Below, piece after piece: positions 18,849 to 26,683 of a stretch of DNA of 64,000 nucleotides (positions are counted from its first letter, which is position 1; every line of letters begins with the position of its first letter). The stretch lies in NCBI GenBank assembly GCA_963716255.1, contig OY970303.1, positions 2,016,001-2,080,000 on the forward strand, in the 5' to 3' direction. The position numbers and the translations under genes are program-made. Source of the DNA: an uncultured Gemmatimonadales bacterium (GTDB taxonomy: Bacteria; Gemmatimonadota; Gemmatimonadetes; Longimicrobiales; Longimicrobiaceae). Below the pieces are notes generated by a model. The model saw only the letters and a list, made by a program, of their open reading frames with translations. It was not told the DNA's origin and ran no database searches.

Positions 18849-19064
18849 TTACCGGTCCGACAGCAGGTTCCGCAGCCGCAGCTCCAGCCCCTCCTTGCGC
18901 CCCGGCTCCACGATGGCGTCGGAGATCAGGGCCAGCAGGTCGGCGTGGCGGCGCTCCAGGCTCTGGAGGCGGCCCTCCAGCGTGGCGATGCGGGCCAGAA
19001 GCACAGCGAAGACCACCACCAGCACGCCGCCCACCAGCACCAGCAGCAGTCCAATCGGCATCAT
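18849..19064 (-). CDS. Small single-pass membrane protein
   Basis: GGAGG RBS; N-terminal TM helix plus coiled-coil-like tail; lies downstream of the SPFH gene. Confidence 0.6.
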   Translation of the reverse strand: MMPIGLLLVLVGGVLVVVFAVLLARIATLEGRLQSLERRHADLLALISDAIVEPGRKEGLELRLRNLLSDR

Positions 19065-19104
19065 CGGGCCTCCCCGGGTTCACGTGTGGCGCGGACCGCC
19101 GCGC

Positions 19105-19938
19105 CTACGGGCGGCCGGTGGAGCGCCACGAGTCCACCACCGAGCCGCCCAGCACGCAGCTGGACACGCCCTTGCACGCCTCCCCGATCCCGGTGGACCA
19201 GGCCTTGATCATGTCCAGCTCGATCAGGCGCGGGTTGGACTCGTAGGAGCGGGCCTGGAGCCCCTTGGCCTCGGCCTCGGCGCGGGCCTTGAGGACCTGC
19301 GCGGCGGCGTTCACCGAGTCGATCACGAACTGCTGCTGCGCGCGGTTCAGGATCTGGGCCTGCTCCGCCGCGGCGATGCGCTGCCGCTCGATCTGCTCCG
19401 GGATCTTGATGTCGCGCACGAACACCTGCTGGATGCGCGCCCGGTCCCCCACCTTGCGCTGGATGTGCACCCGCATGGAGTCGGCCAGTGCCGGGCGCCG
19501 CGCCGAGAAGATCTCCCCCACCGTCCACCCCGCCAGCGCGTTCCGGTACCCCTCGCGGATGGAGTTGCGGATCTCCGTCTCCACCGCCTCCGGCGAGCGC
19601 TTCTCGATGAACACCTGCGAGATGGTGCCCGGGTCGTAGGAGTACACGATCGCCACGTCGCCGGTGACGGTGACCGGGTCGCGCGTCTGCGCCTCCATGG
19701 TCTCCTTTTCCTCGGACGCCGCGGGGAAGTTCTGCTCGGTCATGCTGAAGCAGGTGGCCTCCGCGAAGGGAGTGAAGTTCAGCCCCGTGCCCATCTTGCG
19801 CTCCACCACGCGGCCGTAGCGGGTGAGCACGCAGTGCTCGGTGGAATCCACCACCGTCCACCCGCCCAGCGCGAGCACCAGGCCGGCGAGTACGGCGACC
19901 CCGACCCCCGCGGTCGCGATCAGAGCTCCTGGTTTCAT
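19105..19938 (-). CDS. SPFH/band 7 (prohibitin-like) protein
   Basis: N-terminal TM, GLNF..PF, T.D.V.V, VRDIKIP and C-terminal AEAEAK coiled coil. Confidence 0.85.
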   Translation of the reverse strand: MKPGALIATAGVGVAVLAGLVLALGGWTVVDSTEHCVLTRYGRVVERKMGTGLNFTPFAEATCFSMTEQNFPAASEEKETMEAQTRDPVTVTGDVAIVYSYDPGTISQVFIEKRSPEAVETEIRNSIREGYRNALAGWTVGEIFSARRPALADSMRVHIQRKVGDRARIQQVFVRDIKIPEQIERQRIAAAEQAQILNRAQQQFVIDSVNAAAQVLKARAEAEAKGLQARSYESNPRLIELDMIKAWSTGIGEACKGVSSCVLGGSVVDSWRSTGRP

Positions 19939-20108
19939 CTTGTCTCCCGGGAAGATTGAGTTGGAGGAAGTCCGCGGCCTCGTGCCGCGCGGCTGCCCCG
20001 GCGGGCCGGACCGACCGAATGGACGACCGGGTTCCCGTGCCATGGAATACGGAAGGAGGTGAGGGTTGGTTGCGAACCGCTGGAACGGCGAGTGCGAAAG
20101 TGCGCGGG

Positions 20109-21353
20109 CTACTCGTCGCCGGCGACGCGGCCGCCCAGGATGCGGCCGGGCTGCAGGGCCCCGGCGCCGAAGCGGGCGCGGATGGCGTCCGCCGCGCGGG
20201 AAAGCGAGCGGTCCCGTTCCGTCTCGGCGAGGGCGGCGTCGAAGAGCGCCATCTGCCCGGGGCCGTCCACCGGGGCGAGCGAGGACACGCCCACCCCCAG
20301 CAGGCGCACCGGGGCGCGGCGCTGCGTGCGCAGACGGGCGAGGAGCGCGCGCGCGGTGGCGTGGATCGCCCGGTCCGACTCCACCGCCTCGGGGAGGGTG
20401 CGGCTGGCCTGGCGGTCGCGGAAGTCGGCGTCGCGCACCTTGACGGTGACGGTGCGGCCGCGCAGCCCCTTGCGGCGCAGGGTGGAGCCCGTTTCCACGG
20501 CCAGTCGCAGCAGCTCGGCCCCGATCTCGTCGTCGGCCTTGAGGTCGCGCGCGAAGGTGCGCTCGTGGCTCACCGACTTGATTTCCGCGGGCTCCCCCAC
20601 CGGCGTGGGGTCGATCCCCCGCACCCGCCGGAAGAGCCAGCCCCCCCGGCTCTCCCCCAGCCACAGCGAGAGCGTCGCCTCGTCCAGCGCGAGCGCGTCG
20701 CGCACGGTGCGCACCCCGCGCCGGCGCAGCTCCTCCGCCATCACCGGTCCCACCGAGGGGAGGTCGCCCACCTCCCAGCGGAGCATGAACTCCGGCTCGC
20801 CGCCCGCGGGGACCACGTGGATCCCCTCCGGCTTGGCGAGCCGGGTCGCCATCTTGGCGATCATGCGCGTGGTCCCGCCCCCCAGCGACACCGAGATCCG
20901 CGTCTGCTCGCGGACGGCGCGGCGGATGCGCTCCGCCGTGGCCTCCAGCGGCTCGCCGCCGTACAATCGCTCCGTCCCGGTGAGGTCCAGGTAGAACTCG
21001 TCGATGGACGCCGCCTCCAGCGTGGGCGCGAAGCGGCGGAGGACCGCCTCCACCTCGCGGCTGCGGCGGGTGCACGCCGCGCGCGGCACCGGCACCACGG
21101 TGGCGCCCGGGCACAGGCGCACCGCCTGCGACATGGGCATCCCCGAGCGCACCCCGAACTTCCGCGCCCCGTACGAGGCCGAGGTCACCACCCCGCGCGA
21201 CTCCGGGCGGCCGCCCACCAGCACCAGCTCCAGGCGGCCCACGCCGTCCGGGTCCTCCAGCTTGGCCACCTGCACGAAGAACATGTCGCAGTCGGCCAGG
21301 AGGATGCGCCGGGGCGCGCCGGGGGCCGGAGGGGGTGCCGCTGGGTCGCTCAT
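20109..21353 (-). CDS. dinB: DNA polymerase IV
   Basis: DCDMFFVQV, SASYGAR.FGV.SGM, SIDEFYLD, KPEG, KSVSHERTF and VRLLGV motifs. Confidence 0.95.
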   Translation of the reverse strand: MSDPAAPPPAPGAPRRILLADCDMFFVQVAKLEDPDGVGRLELVLVGGRPESRGVVTSASYGARKFGVRSGMPMSQAVRLCPGATVVPVPRAACTRRSREVEAVLRRFAPTLEAASIDEFYLDLTGTERLYGGEPLEATAERIRRAVREQTRISVSLGGGTTRMIAKMATRLAKPEGIHVVPAGGEPEFMLRWEVGDLPSVGPVMAEELRRRGVRTVRDALALDEATLSLWLGESRGGWLFRRVRGIDPTPVGEPAEIKSVSHERTFARDLKADDEIGAELLRLAVETGSTLRRKGLRGRTVTVKVRDADFRDRQASRTLPEAVESDRAIHATARALLARLRTQRRAPVRLLGVGVSSLAPVDGPGQMALFDAALAETERDRSLSRAADAIRARFGAGALQPGRILGGRVAGDE

Positions 21354-21566
21354 GCGGGGGCCGGGGGAGTGCCTTCGGGGGCGGCGGGGCCCGGGCGGGC
21401 GGACCCTTTCAAAGATACGGGCGCGGACCTCCGGGGAACAGTCGCGCGCCCCGCGTGTCCCACCCCTGCCGTCACGGCCTGACGGGGATTTTCGCACGCG
21501 GCGTGGATCCTGCTTCTTCACGGGCCGGAGGGCGCGGCAACCCCGTGGCGCCAGCGAACGAAACGG

Positions 21567-22826
21567 ATGCAGAACGAGCGCAGCGAACCGACCCCAGAAT
21601 CCGAGACCCTGCTCACCGGGGGCCTCGTACCGCGGCCCGAAGACGGATCGCGGGGCAGGGCCGCCCCGGAGCCGGGCGAGCCCGCGCAGCCGGCGCCTCC
21701 CTCCCGGCCCCCGCACCGCCTGCGCGCCGGGGGCGCGGCCCCCACGCGCAGGAGCAGCTTCCTGCGGCGGCCGGTGGACTGGCTGCGCAGGTTCCCTCTG
21801 CTGCTCCTCCTCGCCTACTACGTGCTGGTCATCGCGGTGGACTCGCTGCTGGTGGCCTACGTCCCCGCCGTGCGGCGCGCATTCGTGGCGCCGGACGTCC
21901 TCACCGAGGTGGCCACGGAGGACAACTTCCTCACCTCGGTGCGGGTGCACGGGATCGGCGAGTCGCTGCTCCCCGCGCTCAACGCCACCGTGGACCGCGC
22001 CCTCATCACCCTGCTGGTGATCCTGGGCGCGCTCTCGCTGGTCATTCCGGTGGCGTGGCTCTACATGCAGACCAAGCGCTTCCGCTACGACCCGGCGCTG
22101 GTCCGCTCGGTCATCATCCTCCCCGTGGTGGTGGCCGGGATCGCGCTGGTGGTCAAGAACAGCGTGGCGCTGGCCTTCAGCCTGGCGGGGATCGTGGCGG
22201 CGGTCCGCTTCCGCAACACCCTCAAGGACCCGCGCGACGCCGTCTACATCTTCCTGGTCATCGGCATCGGCCTTTCCGCGGGGGTGCAGGCGCTGGACGT
22301 GGCGCTGGTGATGTCGCTCAGCTTCAACCTGGTGGTCCTCTTCCTGTGGAAGTACAACGTGGGCTCGGTGTACAGCGGCAGCTACGGCCGCACCGGGATC
22401 CTGTCGGCGGGCGATCCGGACCTGATGGTGGCGCAGACCCCGGAGATGCAGCGCGAGGTGCGCCGCCGCCTGCTGGAGGACGCCGACCAGCTCCGCTCCG
22501 ACGGGATCCTGCTGGTCCACTCGCCGGAGCCCGACCTGGCGCGCCAGGTGGTGCAGGAGGCGCTGGGCGACCTGGCGCGCGACTGGATGCTGGCCGAGAT
22601 CGTACGCCGCGAGGGCGGGGTGTCCACCCTGGAATACGTGCTGCGGCTCAAGAAGCAGGTCATGCCGCTGGACCTGGTGGGCGCCCTGGACGAGCGCTGG
22701 GCCACGCAGCTCGCCGCGGCCGAGTACATCCCCTTCCGCATCCGCCGCCGCAAGCGCGGCAAGGAACCGGCGAAGAAGCAGAAGAAGGACAGGGACAAGG
22801 AAAAGGAAAGGGATAGAGACCGGTGA
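21567..22826 (+). CDS. DUF4956-family membrane protein
   Basis: NSVALAFSLAGIVAAVRFRNTLKDPRDAVYIF...GIGLSAG signature; basic C-terminal tail. Confidence 0.85.
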   Translation: MQNERSEPTPESETLLTGGLVPRPEDGSRGRAAPEPGEPAQPAPPSRPPHRLRAGGAAPTRRSSFLRRPVDWLRRFPLLLLLAYYVLVIAVDSLLVAYVPAVRRAFVAPDVLTEVATEDNFLTSVRVHGIGESLLPALNATVDRALITLLVILGALSLVIPVAWLYMQTKRFRYDPALVRSVIILPVVVAGIALVVKNSVALAFSLAGIVAAVRFRNTLKDPRDAVYIFLVIGIGLSAGVQALDVALVMSLSFNLVVLFLWKYNVGSVYSGSYGRTGILSAGDPDLMVAQTPEMQREVRRRLLEDADQLRSDGILLVHSPEPDLARQVVQEALGDLARDWMLAEIVRREGGVSTLEYVLRLKKQVMPLDLVGALDERWATQLAAAEYIPFRIRRRKRGKEPAKKQKKDRDKEKERDRDR

Positions 22827-23992
22827 GGAGGACCGTACGGAACGTCTGCGCCGCGCTCGCCGCGGCGCTGCTCGCGAGCGGCTGCGGAAAGCCCGTGTTC
22901 AACCTGGGGAAGGTGATCGACGCCGTGTCGCGCGACTCGGTGGCGCTCGACCTGTACCTGATCGGCGACGCGGGGCTCCCGGCCCCCGGGGGCGAGCCGG
23001 TGCTGGACGCGCTGAAGCACACCCTGGCCGAGGACCCGGACCGCAGCTTCGTGGTGTACCTGGGCGACAACGTGTACCCCGCCGGCTTCCCCGCCGAAGG
23101 GAACGCGTACCGCAAGGAGGCAGAGCGCATCCTGGACGAGCAGATCGAGGTGCTGCGGGACACCCGCACCCAGGGGATCATCATCCCCGGCAACCACGAC
23201 TGGGAGGCGGGGGGCAGGGGCGGGTGGGACGCGGTCCGCCGGCAGGCCGCCTACGTGGAGGAAAAGGGCGGCGACCGCGTCCGCTTCCTCCCCAGGGGCG
23301 GGTGCCCGGGGCCGGAGGTGGTGGACGTGGGCTCGGAGGTGCGGCTGGTGGTGCTGGACACCCAGTGGTGGCTGCACGACTTCGCCAGGCCCACCACGGC
23401 CGCGTCGGGGTGCGCGGCGTACACCGACGCGATGGTGGTCGACTCGGTGCGCGCGGCGCTTCGCGGCGCCGCCGGGCGGCTCACCGTGGTGGTGGGGCAC
23501 CACCCGCTGGTGTCCGGCGGGGAGCACGGCGGGTACTTCGACTGGCCGTCGTACCTGATCCCCGTGTACCCGTGGGCGCGCCGCGGCGGCTTCGCCGACC
23601 AGGACATCTCCAGCACCGCCTACAAGAGCATGATCCGGGTGCTCACCACCGCCTTCCAGCCCGAGCGGCCCGTGGTGTACGCCGCCGGCCACGAGCACAA
23701 CCTGCAGGTGCTGCGCAGGAACCCGGCGGGATACCACCTGGTGAGCGGCGGCGGCATCTACGGGCACACCACGCAGGTGCGGGCCATCACCGGGAGCCGC
23801 TACATCAACCGGGCGAGCGGCTTCATGCGGCTCACCGTGCTCCGCGACGGGCGCGTGCGCCTGGCGGTGATCCTGGTGAACGCGAAGGGCGAGGCTTCCG
23901 AGAACTTTTCCATGTGGCTGGACCGGCCGGCGGGAACTCCCATCCCGGCACGCGACACGACACGAGCAGGTGCTGCCGATGCGGACTCCTAG
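22823..23992 (+). CDS. Calcineurin-like metallophosphoesterase lipoprotein
   Basis: Lipobox ASGC; GDAG, LGDNVY, PGNHDW, GHHP and AGHEH motifs. Confidence 0.9.
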   Translation: MRRTVRNVCAALAAALLASGCGKPVFNLGKVIDAVSRDSVALDLYLIGDAGLPAPGGEPVLDALKHTLAEDPDRSFVVYLGDNVYPAGFPAEGNAYRKEAERILDEQIEVLRDTRTQGIIIPGNHDWEAGGRGGWDAVRRQAAYVEEKGGDRVRFLPRGGCPGPEVVDVGSEVRLVVLDTQWWLHDFARPTTAASGCAAYTDAMVVDSVRAALRGAAGRLTVVVGHHPLVSGGEHGGYFDWPSYLIPVYPWARRGGFADQDISSTAYKSMIRVLTTAFQPERPVVYAAGHEHNLQVLRRNPAGYHLVSGGGIYGHTTQVRAITGSRYINRASGFMRLTVLRDGRVRLAVILVNAKGEASENFSMWLDRPAGTPIPARDTTRAGAADADS

Positions 23993-26666
23993 TTTCTGCG
24001 CCCTTGCGCTGGCGCTCGCCCTGCTGGCGGCCCCCGCCGCGCTGCACGCTCAGCGCGACTCGGCCGTGGTGGTGGCGGGGCGCGAGTACGACGCCAGCCC
24101 CCGGTGGCAGGTCCTCCTGGGGTCGGACTACCGGAACCTGTGGACCACTCCGGTGCGGGTCCCGGTGCTGGACCTGCGCAGCTACGCGGGGGGGCTCACC
24201 CCCATGCGCACCGGCGGCGGGAACCAGACGCTGTCGCTGCGCTTCCAGGGCGCCGACGGGCGGGAATACGCCTTCCGCTCCGTGAACAAGGACCACACCC
24301 GCGCCCTCCCGGCCGACCTCAAGAACACCCTGGTGGACGACATCATCCAGGACCAGGTCAGCTCCCTGCACCCGGCCGCCTCCGCGGTGGCCGACCGGCT
24401 GCTGGACGCCGCCGGCGTGCTCCACGTGTCGCCGCGGCTCATGGTGATGCCCGACGCCCCTGCGCTGGGCCGCTTCCGCGAGCAGTTCGCGGGGATGCTG
24501 GGCTGGCTGGAGGTGCGCCCCAACGAGCCCGAGGACGACGACGGCGGCGACGCGGAGGGCGCGAAGGACGAGGACGCCAAGGAGGAGGAGGAGGCCGGGA
24601 AGCCGGCGGAGGGCGTGGAAGCGCAGGAGGAAGAGGAGGAGGGCCCCGACGCGGTGTGGACCGCCCCCGCCTGGGGCGGGGCGAAGCGCATCGTGAAGAC
24701 GGACAAGTTCTTCGAGGAGCTGGAGGACGGGCCGGAGAACCGCGTGGACTCGCGCGACTACCTGGCCGGGCGGCTGATGGACCTGCTCTTCGGCGACTGG
24801 GACCGCCACGAGGACCAGTACCAGTGGGCGCGCTTCGACCGGGGGGAGCAGCGCGTCTGGCGGGCCCTGCCCCGCGACCGCGACTACGTGTTCGTGGACT
24901 ACGACGGCGCCCTGGTGCGCGCCGCCGGCGGGCTCTACCCAAAGGCGGTGCTCTACGGGCCCGAGTACCCGAAGTCGCTGTACGGGCTCACCATCAACGC
25001 GCAGCACCTGGACCGGCGCCTGCTGGCGGACCTCCCGCGCCCCGCGTGGGACTCGGTGGCCGCGGCGCTCCAGTCGCGCCTGGGCGACGCGGTCATCGAG
25101 GACGCGCTGCGGCGCATGCCCCCCGAGTACCATCGCCTGAGCGCGGCCGAGGTGGGCGAGGCGCTGCGCGGCCGGCGCGACGGGCTGCGCGAGGTGGCCG
25201 CGCGCCTGTACGCGCAGATCAACACCGAGCCGGAGGTGCACGCCACCGACGAGGACGAGCTGCTGGAGGTGGAGCGCCTCCCGGACGGGAGCGTCGACGT
25301 GCGCATCTTCCTGGTGGACGAGGGCGTGGTCGCGCGGCAGCCCTACTACCGGCGCCGCTTCGTGCCGGAGGAGACGCGCGAGGTGCGCATCGACATGCAC
25401 GGCGGCGACGACCGCACCGTGGTGCGCGGGGTCGCCGGGCGGAGCGTGCTGGTGCGGGTCATGGGCGGCGGCGGCGACGACGTGTACGAGGACCGCTCCC
25501 GCGCCTGGGGGACCCGCACCGCCTTCTACGACTCGCGCGGCGACAACCGCTTCGTGAAGGGCGCGGCGACCAAGGTGGACCGGCGCCCCTACGAGGAGCC
25601 CGAGCACACCCGCGGCAACCTCACCGACCCGCCCCGCGACTGGGGGGGCAGCAGCACGTACTTCACTCCCCGCGTGGGGTGGAAGTCCAACGTGGGTCCC
25701 GTCGTGGGCGGCGGGCCGGGGAGCGTGCGCTACGGCTTCCGCCGCCAGCCGTACGCCACCCGCTGGTCGGCGGACCTGCTCTACGCCCCGCTGGAGACCC
25801 GCTTCGGCGCGGAGTTCGCCGCCGACTTCCGCCGCGTCGGCTCGCCCGACCACGTCACGGTGCTGGGGCGCGTCTCGGACATGGAGGTGACGCGCTTCCA
25901 CGGCTTCGGCAACGAGACCTCCCACGAGGAGGACGGCAGCCACTACAAGGTGTGGCACACCCAGGCCGTGGTGGAGCCGCTGTGGCACCATCTGCCGTCG
26001 GAGGGAGCGCGCCTTTCCTTTGGCCCGGTGCTCCGCTGGTACGACCCCGAGGTGCGGGACGGAACGCCGGTGGCGCTCCTCCGCCCCCGGGGCACGGAGG
26101 CGTTCGGGGAGGTGGGGGCCCAGGTACAGGCGGAGTGGGACCGCCGCGACTCCGCGGCCTACCCCCGCAGCGGCTTCCGCCTGGTGGCGGGCGGCAGCGC
26201 CTTCCCGGTGTCGTGGGACCTGGACGGCCCCTTCGGCCGCGCGCAGGCCGAGGCCAGCGGCTTCCTGTCGCTCCCCGGCGAACGCGGCCCCACGCTGGCG
26301 CTGCGCGCCGGCGGCGTCCGCGCCATGGGCGACTTCCCCTTCCAGGAAGCGGCGTTCGTGGGCGGGTCGCGCACGCTGCGGGGCTTCTCGTACCAGCGCT
26401 TCGCCGGCGATGCGGCCGTGTACGGCAACGCCGAGCTGCGCGCCCCGCTCTTCCCCGCCACCCTGGTGGTGCGCGGCGACGTGGGGCTCACCGCGCTGGC
26501 CGACGCCGGGCGGGTGTTCGTGGACGGGGAGGACTCGGACCGCTGGCACAGCTCGCTGGGAGGGGGGGTGTGGTTCGCGTTCCTGCAGCGCAAGGCCGTC
26601 GTCACCGCCCTGTTCGCCCACGGCGAGAAGGACCAGGTGTACTTCGGCATGGGCTTCCCCTTCTGA
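23979..26666 (+). CDS. Omp85 (BamA/TamA)-family outer-membrane protein with N-terminal kinase-like domain
   Basis: Signal peptide; GGGNQT and DWDRHEDQ motifs; C-terminal barrel with LRGF..QRFAG and terminal FPF. Confidence 0.75.
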   Translation: MRTPSFCALALALALLAAPAALHAQRDSAVVVAGREYDASPRWQVLLGSDYRNLWTTPVRVPVLDLRSYAGGLTPMRTGGGNQTLSLRFQGADGREYAFRSVNKDHTRALPADLKNTLVDDIIQDQVSSLHPAASAVADRLLDAAGVLHVSPRLMVMPDAPALGRFREQFAGMLGWLEVRPNEPEDDDGGDAEGAKDEDAKEEEEAGKPAEGVEAQEEEEEGPDAVWTAPAWGGAKRIVKTDKFFEELEDGPENRVDSRDYLAGRLMDLLFGDWDRHEDQYQWARFDRGEQRVWRALPRDRDYVFVDYDGALVRAAGGLYPKAVLYGPEYPKSLYGLTINAQHLDRRLLADLPRPAWDSVAAALQSRLGDAVIEDALRRMPPEYHRLSAAEVGEALRGRRDGLREVAARLYAQINTEPEVHATDEDELLEVERLPDGSVDVRIFLVDEGVVARQPYYRRRFVPEETREVRIDMHGGDDRTVVRGVAGRSVLVRVMGGGGDDVYEDRSRAWGTRTAFYDSRGDNRFVKGAATKVDRRPYEEPEHTRGNLTDPPRDWGGSSTYFTPRVGWKSNVGPVVGGGPGSVRYGFRRQPYATRWSADLLYAPLETRFGAEFAADFRRVGSPDHVTVLGRVSDMEVTRFHGFGNETSHEEDGSHYKVWHTQAVVEPLWHHLPSEGARLSFGPVLRWYDPEVRDGTPVALLRPRGTEAFGEVGAQVQAEWDRRDSAAYPRSGFRLVAGGSAFPVSWDLDGPFGRAQAEASGFLSLPGERGPTLALRAGGVRAMGDFPFQEAAFVGGSRTLRGFSYQRFAGDAAVYGNAELRAPLFPATLVVRGDVGLTALADAGRVFVDGEDSDRWHSSLGGGVWFAFLQRKAVVTALFAHGEKDQVYFGMGFPF

Positions 26667-26683
26667 GCGCGCGGCCGCGGGCC

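Noticed and set aside
24104..26683. Apparent 1799-aa PPK1 (ORF 24104-29503) and 1462-aa ORF 26020-30408
   Set aside because: The upstream portions are off-frame readings of the preceding genes. The plausible starts are 26684 and 29500.
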